Shown here: piece by piece, positions 27,274 through 37,387 of the stretch | Numbering within the stretch: position 1 is the first letter of the stretch | How the letters are laid out: every line of letters starts with the position of its first letter | From: a virus | Virus record (IMG/VR): IMGVR_UViG_3300020438_004021 | Coordinates: 32,001-96,000 of that record | Strand: one strand, 5' to 3' | DNA: 64,000 nt | Notes under the pieces: generated by a model | Database searches by the model: none | Told to the model about the DNA's origin: nothing | The model's input: the letters and a program-made list of their open reading frames with translations, nothing else | Program-made: the position numbers and the translations under genes

Positions 27274-28481
27274 AGTCTTACAAAGAATTTGTTACTGAAG
27301 GTAAAAATACCCATATGGAGCATCTTGAAGACGAGATGTGGAACGGTGGTTCCGTTGGTGTAAAAAATGCTCTCAACTTTGCCAGAGGTGTAGCCGAGAT
27401 GCTGTCTGGAAGCAGTAGTTCATCAGTTAATATAACAACCAAGTGGGATGGTGCACCCGCAATAATATGCGGCATAAATCCAGAGAATAAAAAATTCTTC
27501 GTGGGTACTAAGAGTGTATTCAACAAGGCAACACCAAAAATCAACTACACTAATTCGGACATAGATAAAAACCACAGTGGGGACTTGGCAAACAAACTGA
27601 AGACAGCATTAAAGCATCTATCCAAGTTAGGCATTAAAAATGTCATACAGGGAGATTTTATGTTCTCTTCTTCAGACTTAGGCAGTATGAAGGTGGATGG
27701 AGAGTCTCATATTACATTCACACCCAACACTATCACCTATGCAGTAAAAGATGGCGGTCCAATAGCAAAAGAAATTAAAAATGCTAAGATAGGGATAGTG
27801 TTTCATACCGAGTATAAAGGTAGAAAGATGTCAGAGATGACAGCATCTTTCAACCCTAATATTAAGAGATTAAGCAAGAACAAGAACGTATGGTTTAGAG
27901 ATGCAGATTATAAAGATGAGAGTGGTTCATCTACACTTACGAGTTCTGAACTCAGCTCCATAATGAAAGACATTAAATCTGCGGAGAGTAATATGTCTTC
28001 TAAAGTCTCTAAGATAATAGATGAGGTTATGTCCAACAGGAACATAATATCGCATATAAAAACATATACCAACTCTCAGATTAGGGGAGGTTCTTCCAAG
28101 GTAGACACTAAAGGTGTGGTGGGTCACATAAAAAACAAATTCCAAGATGCTATCTCCAAACTCAAGACTGATTCTGGTAAAGAGAGGAAGAAGGCGGCTA
28201 TGGATGAACTGGTTAAATACCTAGAGTCCATAAAGACGGAACTGGATTCAGCATTCGTACTTTATGGTCTGATTAGCGATATGAAGATAAAACTAATCAG
28301 GAAGTTAGAGAAAATAAAAGGCATCGGAACCTTTGTAAGGACCGATGACGGTTTCAAGGCAACCGCTCCTGAAGGATTTGTAGCAGTAGACAAGATTTCA
28401 AGCAGAGCACTGAAGCTGGTAGATAGATTAGAGTTTAGCAGGTCTAACTTCACTGTGGCGAAGAACTGGGTTAGCGGCTAG
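27270..28481 (+). CDS. Conserved T4-like protein (DUF6267-like, ligase-type KxDG motif)
   Basis: MKSYKEFVTEG; NTHMEHLED, TTKWDGAPAI, FFVGTKSVFN, PEGFVA, KLVDRLEFSRSNF. Confidence 0.8.
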   Translation: MKSYKEFVTEGKNTHMEHLEDEMWNGGSVGVKNALNFARGVAEMLSGSSSSSVNITTKWDGAPAIICGINPENKKFFVGTKSVFNKATPKINYTNSDIDKNHSGDLANKLKTALKHLSKLGIKNVIQGDFMFSSSDLGSMKVDGESHITFTPNTITYAVKDGGPIAKEIKNAKIGIVFHTEYKGRKMSEMTASFNPNIKRLSKNKNVWFRDADYKDESGSSTLTSSELSSIMKDIKSAESNMSSKVSKIIDEVMSNRNIISHIKTYTNSQIRGGSSKVDTKGVVGHIKNKFQDAISKLKTDSGKERKKAAMDELVKYLESIKTELDSAFVLYGLISDMKIKLIRKLEKIKGIGTFVRTDDGFKATAPEGFVAVDKISSRALKLVDRLEFSRSNFTVAKNWVSG

Positions 28482-28511
28482 TTATAAATAATATATTGCT
28501 AGGAGACAACA

Positions 28512-29018
28512 ATGCCAACATTAAATTTGACAACACACTTTACGGTTACAATGGATGATGATGATAACCACATCATCTCCGGTGGAAGCACCAGTGCAGC
28601 AGATTCAATTACCGTAAACTACTATTATGATAAAAGATTCGAGATTGCCAACGGTGCTACCGCAGAAGTATTCAATGATGAACTTCTGGCAGATCCTCAG
28701 TTCTTATATCTAGAATCCAATGCCAGTCCAGTAGAAATTCAACTTATGTGTAGTCAGGCGGGAACGACCAGTGGTGAAAACATAGAAAATGCTTTTTGTC
28801 ACACCCTAAAGGCAGGTATACCATACATTTTGGCATCTACTTCTTGTAGACATCAAGGAGACATGGGTGCTTCTGGAGAGTCAGCAGGTATTGTTAAATA
28901 TCTTGGCGAGGTAGATGACTGGGTTAACCAGTGGGGCACTGGTGGCACACTAGACAGGATAGAGGTTTATAACCCATCAGGGGGAACCGCAAAGGTTAGA
29001 GTTTTCACAGCTAAATAA
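28512..29018 (+). CDS. Hypothetical late (virion?) protein
   Basis: TATAAATA at 28483-28490 and AGGAG SD. Confidence 0.7.
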   Translation: MPTLNLTTHFTVTMDDDDNHIISGGSTSAADSITVNYYYDKRFEIANGATAEVFNDELLADPQFLYLESNASPVEIQLMCSQAGTTSGENIENAFCHTLKAGIPYILASTSCRHQGDMGASGESAGIVKYLGEVDDWVNQWGTGGTLDRIEVYNPSGGTAKVRVFTAK

Positions 29019-29044
29019 AAATATCATTTTAAGGAGATAAAGAA

Positions 29045-29248
29045 ATGGCTTCAAAGTTTTGGATAGCACACAACGAAGATGCAAGGGCTGCTCAGAATAG
29101 AGCATCATATGTCGCTGAGAACGGCGGTCAGTGGGTGAATCGTGGTGGTACACGAGGATGGCATCACACAAGTGGTGAACCAAAGGCTGCACCTGTTGCC
29201 AAAGAGGCAAAGGTCAAAAAAGCATTTAAGTTTAATAAAAAGAAATAA
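29045..29248 (+). CDS. Small basic hypothetical protein
   Basis: AAGGAG SD. Confidence 0.65.
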   Translation: MASKFWIAHNEDARAAQNRASYVAENGGQWVNRGGTRGWHHTSGEPKAAPVAKEAKVKKAFKFNKKK

Positions 29249-29271
29249 TATTTATCTAAAAGGAGATTGAT

Positions 29272-29385
29272 ATGGACTCGATTTTAGGAACAATTTGGTT
29301 TTCGGTAATAGTTTTTGTGGCAGGTGCTTTAGTCGGTACACCACTTTGGAATTGGGCTAAGGGTTACCTACCTTGGAACAAGTGA
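29272..29385 (+). CDS. Small single-TM protein (37 aa)
   Basis: AAGGAG SD; MDSILGTIWFSVIVFVAGALVGTPLWNWAKGYLPWNK. Confidence 0.6.
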   Translation: MDSILGTIWFSVIVFVAGALVGTPLWNWAKGYLPWNK

Positions 29386-29389
29386 TATT

Positions 29390-31540
29390 TTGAATAGATA
29401 CACCCTTCCAACCAAGTCTAGGTTAAATGAGCAGGACGGTAAGGGGATAGTATTTACCTTTGGTAGATTCAATCCTCCACATACTGGTCATGAGTTGCTA
29501 ATTAATAAAGTTATGCAGGTATCCAAGAGAAAAGGGTATGATCATGGCATTTATGTTAGCACATCTCAGGGAGACGAGAGGAACCCAATACCATACGACG
29601 AGAAGGTTAGACTCCTAAGAGCAGCATTCAAGAAGAGTAATGTCGCGAAGGATAAAACCTTGAAGAATCCATTCTATGTCGCCAAAGAACTTAGCGACAA
29701 AGGATATAAGAATGTGATATTAGTGGTTGGTGGAGATAGGGTCAAAGAATTAGAAAGAAGCATGAAAAAATATGTGAACCACAGCGACCCCAATAAATCT
29801 TGGAACTTCGACTCATTTGAGGTGGTCAGTGCTGGCAGAAGAGATGCAGACGCAGATGATGTGAGCGGTATGTCTGCTTCTAAGATGAGAAAGTCGGCTA
29901 CTTCTGGAGACTTTGACACTTTCAAAAGAGGTGCACCCTCCGGAATGAAATCTAGGGACGTAAAGAAGATGTATACCTCAATTAGAAAGACGTCTGGAAT
30001 TAAAGAAGAAATTCAATCATTATTCGATGCCCTCAATCTTCTAGAAACTAGTAGGGATGACATAATGTCATTGGGTGAAGATACTTTGTCGGTAGAGGCC
30101 TTTAATTTCTTGCTAGAGCAGGACGAAGAGGATGACTCTCCTCAAGATACCCCCACTCTTGTGGTGCTATCTAAATTCGAAGAATCAGATGAATACAGCG
30201 ACACTGTAAGCAAAATAGATAAAGCATGTGACTCTTTGGACATATCATTCTTCGCTGTGTCTGTGGATGATGCCTTCATAGTAGATGAGGAAGTCTCAGA
30301 CGATGAGCTTATAATCCATAACTACGACGGAGAGAACAATAAGATAACTCTGAACACAGACAACACAGTCTGCTGGCCTAGAGGTGGGGTAATGTCTCAC
30401 CAATCTGGGATGGGTCTTCTTAGCACACTACAAGACTCTGGAGTTTTCTGTGTCAATAAGTTAAGCACGATGGAATTATGCAGGAACAAATTTGCTACCT
30501 CTACAATGTTAGACAGGAACAACATACCATCCCCAAGGACCGCACTGGTCACCAACGAAGATGCTGTGGATATTGCACTAGAGAATATAGGTGGAGAGTT
30601 CCCAGTGGTCATCAAGACCATCACTGGTGCTGAAGGAATAGGGGTATCCATTGTTGAGTCATATAAATCTCTTAAGAGTGTTTTACAGTCTCTATGGAAA
30701 TTCGATGCTGAAGTAATCATACAAGAATATATGGAAATAGAGTATGATGTCAGGACCATAGTACTAGATGGAAAAATCATAGCATGTATGAAGAGGTTGA
30801 AGGGGGATGGAGATTTCAGAACAAATAAGGCACTTGGAAATGAAACCGAACCGTATGATTTATCGGAAGAAGAAAAATCATTAGTACTAAAGACTGCCAA
30901 ATTAGTGGGTGGTTTTCTATCAGGTGTAGACCATGTTACTGTCGATGGAGAGCATATGGTGCTAGAGGTGAATACATCGCCGGGTAGCGGTGCTCAGAAG
31001 TACACAATGTATGATGAAGAAGGGGAACCATACATAGGTGTCGGACAAGATATAGTGAATGTGGTAGTAGGACACATAACGGATAAAAACAACTGGGTTT
31101 ATTCTACCAAAGAGATAGGTGAACTTGAGAAAATATATATCTATGGTGTTGGAGAACTCATATCTAAAGCCGATACTGGCAATGGAAGTTACAATTCACT
31201 TCATGCCGAAGAAATAACAATAGAAGACGATGTAGTAAGCTTCTTCACCGAGAATGATACAGAGATGGTTCTACCTCTAATCGATATGGTAACCATCAAT
31301 ATGGGGGGCGATACTGAAGAAAGACCAGTAGTCCCTCTAGACTTCAAGATGGGGGACAAGGAATATAAGTCTATACCCTTCTCTCTAACAGATAGAGACG
31401 ATATGGACTACCCCGTGTTACTGGGAAAAGAATTCTTACAAAAGGCTAGGTTCTCGGTTAACGTATCTAAGAAGTATGAACTGACAGAAGAACCGTTTTG
31501 CGACTGGTTTGCATGGCAGAAAAGAAACTTAAGCCCTTAG
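29390..31540 (+). CDS. Fusion: cytidylyltransferase-like + RimK-type ATP-grasp ligase + retropepsin-like protease
   Basis: FTFGRFNPPHTGH...MSASKMR; NKF...PVVIK...GIGV...QEY...FRTN...GVD...EVNTSPG; KADTGNGS...ERPVV...FSLTDR...YPVLLG. Confidence 0.85.
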   Translation: MNRYTLPTKSRLNEQDGKGIVFTFGRFNPPHTGHELLINKVMQVSKRKGYDHGIYVSTSQGDERNPIPYDEKVRLLRAAFKKSNVAKDKTLKNPFYVAKELSDKGYKNVILVVGGDRVKELERSMKKYVNHSDPNKSWNFDSFEVVSAGRRDADADDVSGMSASKMRKSATSGDFDTFKRGAPSGMKSRDVKKMYTSIRKTSGIKEEIQSLFDALNLLETSRDDIMSLGEDTLSVEAFNFLLEQDEEDDSPQDTPTLVVLSKFEESDEYSDTVSKIDKACDSLDISFFAVSVDDAFIVDEEVSDDELIIHNYDGENNKITLNTDNTVCWPRGGVMSHQSGMGLLSTLQDSGVFCVNKLSTMELCRNKFATSTMLDRNNIPSPRTALVTNEDAVDIALENIGGEFPVVIKTITGAEGIGVSIVESYKSLKSVLQSLWKFDAEVIIQEYMEIEYDVRTIVLDGKIIACMKRLKGDGDFRTNKALGNETEPYDLSEEEKSLVLKTAKLVGGFLSGVDHVTVDGEHMVLEVNTSPGSGAQKYTMYDEEGEPYIGVGQDIVNVVVGHITDKNNWVYSTKEIGELEKIYIYGVGELISKADTGNGSYNSLHAEEITIEDDVVSFFTENDTEMVLPLIDMVTINMGGDTEERPVVPLDFKMGDKEYKSIPFSLTDRDDMDYPVLLGKEFLQKARFSVNVSKKYELTEEPFCDWFAWQKRNLSP

Positions 31541-31582
31541 AGATATAAATAATTTCAGAACCTTTCCTCAAAGAGAACAGAT

Positions 31583-32035
31583 ATGGAGAAGAAAATGAAA
31601 ACTTTCAATGAACTAAAAGAATCGATAGCGGCTGTAGTGCCTAGAGCATATCATGCCATGACAGCAGTGCCTCAAGAGACAGACAAGAATTTCTCTGACA
31701 CTAGAGACCCCGAGATAGTAGATAGGATTAATGTTGCACTATCGCACATCAATAAACTGCCTACCTCGGACCCTCGTTCTAGAATTAACGAGATTAAGGT
31801 GATTTTGAGTCACGCGGGTATAGATTTCGACCATACTAGTGTGCAGTTCCAAGAAGGTGTACCAATGGCAGTGCCAGTGAAGAAATTCGGCGGTCGCATC
31901 GGAATGACACCAGAAGACGGATACATCAACGACGATGGCTTTGGTGGGATGCCCCACCAGCTTACCTTTAACTGGTCCAAGAGCAGTGGTTCTTGGATGC
32001 TGAATTCGGAGCTCTCGAGAGCGAATATGATGTGA
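31583..32035 (+). CDS. Hypothetical late protein
   Basis: TATAAATA 31544-31551; MKTFNELKES; KFGGRIG. Confidence 0.65.
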   Translation: MEKKMKTFNELKESIAAVVPRAYHAMTAVPQETDKNFSDTRDPEIVDRINVALSHINKLPTSDPRSRINEIKVILSHAGIDFDHTSVQFQEGVPMAVPVKKFGGRIGMTPEDGYINDDGFGGMPHQLTFNWSKSSGSWMLNSELSRANMM

Positions 32036-32054
32036 TAACGTGAGACTTTTAATT

Positions 32055-32450
32055 ATGAAGAAAAATATTGGTTTGAATTCAAACAACTATATGATGTATG
32101 CTATGAAGCACTACGAGAATCCTCAGTGTTTAGACATAGAAGAATTCTATAGTGATTTGAGCAGGATAAAGTACCTAAAGAGGCTGTTGAGAAGGTATAC
32201 TGCTACTGGAGAACTGAAGGAAAGGTTGATATTAAACCACATTATAGTTCTTTACAATGTGTTCGGTATTGTACCAGCAACCAGACTGTTATTCTTCAGG
32301 ATGGGGGATGAATTCCACTCCGTTCTAAAGACCTTCCTAGTTTACCTAAGTGTTTTCCCCGAAGGCGATAATGAGATAGAGATTTTAGAGGCCGACTTAT
32401 TGTCGATACCGTTAGATAAAGGAATCACTGAGATACTCAGGAAGATATAA
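32055..32450 (+). CDS. Conserved T4-like hypothetical protein
   Basis: YAMKHYENPQC..EEFYSDLSRIKYLKRL...LKERLILNHIIVLYNVFG. Confidence 0.8.
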   Translation: MKKNIGLNSNNYMMYAMKHYENPQCLDIEEFYSDLSRIKYLKRLLRRYTATGELKERLILNHIIVLYNVFGIVPATRLLFFRMGDEFHSVLKTFLVYLSVFPEGDNEIEILEADLLSIPLDKGITEILRKI

Positions 32451-32452
32451 AA

Positions 32453-33019
32453 ATGGCAGGAGCATTCGACATATTTGTGGCATATAAGTTTATTAGGATA
32501 CTAACCACTCCTTATAAGAAGACTGATGCTTATAAATTGGGAATCATTGACGATAAGGGCAACCTACTCAAGAAGAGGAAAGAACTGAATACTGGTGCTG
32601 AGAAGAAAGCATACACTATCATCCATACGTTAGTCTGGAACTTGAAAAGGCTGCTAGACAAAATACCGGCTACTAAGACTAGACTGGGTTCATTCGCCGT
32701 AGCACTATGGTTATTGAAAGAGAAATTGAAGGATGGTATTAAAGAATCAGTCTTAGAAGAGTGTTTCCTATCTAGTGTGGGGATAGAAGACCTAAAAGAA
32801 TCAAAAGAATATCAGAAGACATTAGAGGCAGGACTTTTCATATCCAAGGACAGTCTGCCAATAATGTATGATTTTATAAATACCAGAGATAACATAGTGC
32901 TTGAGGAATCTAAGCCGGTCGGTTTCATGTTGAATCAACCAATATATGCAGGTTCCCATGCCCTAACAGGTAGAAAGGTTTATTTTTCCTATGAAGACGT
33001 TTTCAGAATTAGTAAATAG
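32453..33019 (+). CDS. Conserved T4-like hypothetical protein
   Basis: YKFIRILTTPY..TDAYKLGIIDDKG...HTLVWNLKRLL...SFAVALWLLKE. Confidence 0.8.
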   Translation: MAGAFDIFVAYKFIRILTTPYKKTDAYKLGIIDDKGNLLKKRKELNTGAEKKAYTIIHTLVWNLKRLLDKIPATKTRLGSFAVALWLLKEKLKDGIKESVLEECFLSSVGIEDLKESKEYQKTLEAGLFISKDSLPIMYDFINTRDNIVLEESKPVGFMLNQPIYAGSHALTGRKVYFSYEDVFRISK

Positions 33020-35675
33020 TTTACAAGAAGAGAAATCAAACCTCATAGAGTCCAAAATCTCTGCGGTTGACAGTAGTATCCTCACACCTACCTCCACCAA
33101 GGCGGATGCAGTCGCATTGACTGCTAATCCTCTAGGAATATTCGGTGGATTGGTAACTAGAGACGGAAGACTCACCAAACCCATGAATAAGAGAGACCTA
33201 ACAAGGTCAATCTGGTCACAGAATGCACAGGCTGCTGCCGAGAGTTTTTATGATAACCTAGATGACTATTGGTCAGATATGCTTTATTCAAGGAATTCAG
33301 CTGCATATGACCAGACAATATATGATGCTAAGCAGACAATCAATAAGTCTAGACAAAGCAGACCATACACCGAACTGGAATATAAGGGTGAGGTAGAAGA
33401 CCTAGACAACCCTTATAACAGAGGGCAGAGGGCAGGAAATGTAGACGACCTAGAAGGTAGTAGTCAATTCCACCAGTTGCCTAGAGAGATGCCTTATCAG
33501 CCTTCTGGTCCCATGCATTACTATCCCCAAAGACCACCGGTAGATGACCCCGGTCTGTTTCCAGATGACCCTTATGACTCATACCCACCAGGTATAGAGA
33601 CTGACCAGTTCAGCCCTATGCAGTTCCCTAACCCAATGAATAGGCGAGAGACTGACCCAATGCAGCCGAACATACCACCGGTTGTTTTACCACCTTCATT
33701 GCAACCACCTATTGGAATGCCTGGTAACCCTAATCAGGGTCCACCTCAGCTTAAGCCTATGAATAGGAGAGAGACATACCCTGGTCCTTATAATAAGTCT
33801 ACTAGAAGTTCTAGAAGACAAGAACTACTCAATCCTATGAACAGACGACAGACCTATCCGCCTGTTCAGGATATTAAACCAATCAAATTCCCTGATGACG
33901 TCATACCTGGACAGCAGTTGGATAAACCAGTTTCTGTTCCAGCTCCACAAGATAACCCATATCAATATTTCTTAGACCCGAGAAGTCCAGAGAATATGAA
34001 ACCTTATGGACACCCGAGACCTCACGTGGACCCCGACGTAGACCCCGACACACCTGGTCATCAGGTACCTGGTCTACCTCAATGGTTAACACCACCAGAA
34101 GGACCGAGTCATCAGCAAAAGGTAGACAAACTTCAGCAACTTATTGATATATTGCGCCGAGATGGAGAACCAGAGGATGTGCAAAGAGACATCGGGTATC
34201 CACCTTTAATGACTCCAGGCAATGTAGAGGGTTTACCTTCATATGTCGATGGTGAACCAACTGGTGTGCCTCAACCCCGTCATCCCTACAATAAACTCAT
34301 ACCGGGTAATCTAGATGGTTCTCCACTTCATCCCGAAGACTTAGAACCCGGCGGACCTCTGGATAAGTGGTGGCACAATAAATTCCGACAAGATAGGCAA
34401 CAAGTTCAGCAGCAACAGTTGCAAGACTTGCAGCAAGAATTAATACCATTGCTTCAGCAAAATCCTGAATTGTACCAACCTTGGATGATGCAGGGTTTCG
34501 ATGATCGATCTCAAGCTGGTTTCGATGATAACAGAGCACCAGATGACCAGTTTAAACCTCAACTACCGAAGTGGACAGACCCACCGATGGGACCAGAGAA
34601 ACCAAAGGGTCCTGGAAGACTTCCTTTGTCTCCTTCAATTCTACCCAGAGATGATTCTGGAAATCCTCAAGGACCACGTGATTTTGATCATGGTCTGCGT
34701 GACCCGATGGATAATGACCCGACCCTACCCCCTGTCACACCTCAGGATAAGTTAGACTGGTTGGATTACCTCGAAGATTTCTACGATTATTATGGTAAAC
34801 CTCCTAGAAACCAGAGGTCACAAGACGGAAGAGGCGACATTAATCAACCAATTAATTGGTATGATTTGCAGGACCCATCTGAAGTACCAGACGGTGTGAT
34901 GGTAGACAAACCAAATGTTTCCGTTCCTGGCATACAACCAGCAGACCCTCCAGTACCAGTACCTGGTCCATTCGTTCAACAGGACGGTGGTGGAGATGAG
35001 GATGACGGTGGTGACGAAGATCCCATCAGCATTACACCAAGTCTATACCCATATAGACCTAGACCACAACCTGGACCAGTCATAGACACTGACGACGATG
35101 AAGAAGGTGGTGACGATGATGACGATACCGGTGAAGGTGATAGCAGCAGCGAGTTTGATACCGGTGCTTACACCAAGGAACCATACAGACCTAAGGCAGA
35201 CCTTCAGACTGGCATCTTCACCGATCCTGACGATGACGATGACGATGACGATGATGGTGGAACAGGTTTCGATACTGGAGACTATACTAAACTGACACCC
35301 AAGGTAGACCTTCAAATCGGAGTATTTACAGATACAGACGACGATGATGAAGATGAAGGTTATCGTCCTGACATCTATCCTAAGGGCATAACATATGGAA
35401 TGCCACCTGAGCATGCTAAGCACTACTCTGGATTCTTGAATAAAATGGGATGGATGAACGAGGCAAAAGTCTCTAGGGCATGGAGAGATGCCGGAATGCC
35501 TGCTGGTGACGCACGTTCTAGTGATGACAAACCCCTGATGAAGTGGTTAACCGACCTAGAGAAGGAACTGAAGAAAAAAGGTAAGTCATATGATGATGTG
35601 GATGCAGACAATGCAATCCAGATGTATTATCGAAAGAAGAGACCAAACGCAGCTGCTAGGGAGTTAACCAAATGA
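32991..35675 (+). CDS. Pro/Asp-rich modular putative internal head protein, paralog of 20506-24180
   Basis: MKTFSELVNSLQEE; shared ILTPT/NPxGI/IYDA/PYTELE N-domain and KMGWMNE motif. Confidence 0.75.
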   Translation: MKTFSELVNSLQEEKSNLIESKISAVDSSILTPTSTKADAVALTANPLGIFGGLVTRDGRLTKPMNKRDLTRSIWSQNAQAAAESFYDNLDDYWSDMLYSRNSAAYDQTIYDAKQTINKSRQSRPYTELEYKGEVEDLDNPYNRGQRAGNVDDLEGSSQFHQLPREMPYQPSGPMHYYPQRPPVDDPGLFPDDPYDSYPPGIETDQFSPMQFPNPMNRRETDPMQPNIPPVVLPPSLQPPIGMPGNPNQGPPQLKPMNRRETYPGPYNKSTRSSRRQELLNPMNRRQTYPPVQDIKPIKFPDDVIPGQQLDKPVSVPAPQDNPYQYFLDPRSPENMKPYGHPRPHVDPDVDPDTPGHQVPGLPQWLTPPEGPSHQQKVDKLQQLIDILRRDGEPEDVQRDIGYPPLMTPGNVEGLPSYVDGEPTGVPQPRHPYNKLIPGNLDGSPLHPEDLEPGGPLDKWWHNKFRQDRQQVQQQQLQDLQQELIPLLQQNPELYQPWMMQGFDDRSQAGFDDNRAPDDQFKPQLPKWTDPPMGPEKPKGPGRLPLSPSILPRDDSGNPQGPRDFDHGLRDPMDNDPTLPPVTPQDKLDWLDYLEDFYDYYGKPPRNQRSQDGRGDINQPINWYDLQDPSEVPDGVMVDKPNVSVPGIQPADPPVPVPGPFVQQDGGGDEDDGGDEDPISITPSLYPYRPRPQPGPVIDTDDDEEGGDDDDDTGEGDSSSEFDTGAYTKEPYRPKADLQTGIFTDPDDDDDDDDDGGTGFDTGDYTKLTPKVDLQIGVFTDTDDDDEDEGYRPDIYPKGITYGMPPEHAKHYSGFLNKMGWMNEAKVSRAWRDAGMPAGDARSSDDKPLMKWLTDLEKELKKKGKSYDDVDADNAIQMYYRKKRPNAAARELTK

Positions 35676-37315
35676 AGAGAAGGAATTTCAAACTAGAAGA
35701 CTGGTCTGTTATCAATGAGTCTGAGACTATTCATTGGAACAAACTCAAGGACCATGAGAAGAAAGAAATGCTTAGAAGTGTTAGACTTCCCTCGGCACTT
35801 GTTAAAGACAAGTGGAATAGTCTTGATTTTCGTGCTAAAGAGATGATGGGGAAGTTCATCAGTCAGACCACTAGCGGTGAGTTTAGACTTGCTGAAGAAG
35901 AGTTAACTCCAACGCAGAAGAAGAAAATGGAGAAAATTGTTCTCTCTATGAAGGATAAAGAAGACGAGTTCAAAGAGAGATATGGTGATGAGTGGAAGAG
36001 TGTAATGTATGCCACTGCTACCAAGATGGCAAAGGAGTCTACCACCAGTGAAGGTTGGAAGAGCGATGCCCAGAGAAAGGCAGCTTTCGCTAGCGGTTAT
36101 AAGGCGAAAGGCAAGAAAAACAAGAAGAAAGAAGAATCCACCGAATTAGATGAGGCTATGGATCACAACAGACGGCATAAAGAGGCACTTAAACTCATTA
36201 AGATGATTGGTGGTGAGAACTGGATAGACTCTTTCGGTGATATGGTAAAGAATAAACCGAATCCTAAGACAGATATGAATGATTCTAAACCTGTTGACTA
36301 TATGCAAGACAGGGGCAGGGGAGAATGGGACATCGCGGTTAGAGCAGACGGTTCTGTTGAGTACAACCACCTTGGAAGGGCTGGTAAATCCAATAGCATT
36401 GCAGGTTTTAAGAAGCATTTTTCAATCTTCAAAGAATCCATTGAAATGTATGAGGTTACTAGGACTGCTTTAGACAGAGAATTTCAAAAGGTGACTCGTT
36501 CTGGAAAAATGGACACAATGGCTGCAACTCGCCATATCGAGAAGAAATTCGGTATCAAGGATGTGAAATTACAGAAAGATAGGAACGGCAAGACACATGT
36601 GATATCTTTCAATCAACTTTCAGAGGCACGTAGTAGGAGTGGTCGAGGAGTTCCAGCACCTCTCCCCAAGGCAACCAATTTCGCTATACGGATGCCCATC
36701 AAAGATAAGAAGCATGACACTGAGCTTGCAAAAATTGTTGGTGTTGAGACAAACAGTAAAGGTATGGTTCAGAGTGGACAAAAGCAAGGGGACACATACG
36801 TCTTCTACTTCAAGAATGCTAGAGATAGAACCAAATTCAGAAACAAATATTTAAGAAATGAAGATATCGCTAACACCACAGCAGGTGTAGCGGGTCTGAC
36901 ACCAGACACAATGGGTATGCCTGTAAGCAGAATGAAGAAGAAGAAGAAGAGAAGAGAAATCGAACCTATGCTCACTACTGAATCCAGAAAGAGGGTAGAG
37001 AAGGCAATCAAGGCGATGAACTCCTCGGACAGTAAAGAGTTTAAAAGTGAAATAGATGGCATGCCAGTATTCAGAGTCAGCGAGGCTGAATTCGCTAGAT
37101 GTAAGGGTAAGAAGGCTAAGGGTGAAAGATGGGGTAAATTCTTCGAGGGGGACTCACCCAACTATTCTAGTATAAGAAAATATGCTAAGAAGAACCCGAA
37201 TAACCCACTTTTAGTTCAGAATAATGTGACCGGAGAAATGACCATATTCAGAAGAAAAATGAATGATGGTAGACTCAAACACAACAAGAAAAAGAAGATG
37301 TTAGGCGGCTACTGA
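35672..37315 (+). CDS. Modular basic putative internal head protein
   Basis: Modules such as FKERYGDEWKSVMYATATKMAK and WKSDAQRKAAFASGYKAKGKK separated by (L/I)xE motifs. Confidence 0.7.
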   Translation: MKRRNFKLEDWSVINESETIHWNKLKDHEKKEMLRSVRLPSALVKDKWNSLDFRAKEMMGKFISQTTSGEFRLAEEELTPTQKKKMEKIVLSMKDKEDEFKERYGDEWKSVMYATATKMAKESTTSEGWKSDAQRKAAFASGYKAKGKKNKKKEESTELDEAMDHNRRHKEALKLIKMIGGENWIDSFGDMVKNKPNPKTDMNDSKPVDYMQDRGRGEWDIAVRADGSVEYNHLGRAGKSNSIAGFKKHFSIFKESIEMYEVTRTALDREFQKVTRSGKMDTMAATRHIEKKFGIKDVKLQKDRNGKTHVISFNQLSEARSRSGRGVPAPLPKATNFAIRMPIKDKKHDTELAKIVGVETNSKGMVQSGQKQGDTYVFYFKNARDRTKFRNKYLRNEDIANTTAGVAGLTPDTMGMPVSRMKKKKKRREIEPMLTTESRKRVEKAIKAMNSSDSKEFKSEIDGMPVFRVSEAEFARCKGKKAKGERWGKFFEGDSPNYSSIRKYAKKNPNNPLLVQNNVTGEMTIFRRKMNDGRLKHNKKKKMLGGY

Positions 37316-37387
37316 TGAAGATTCTGGTCATGACAATATTAATGACTTTGTCTATTAGTAGCGAATTGACTGCATCGGAGATTAATT

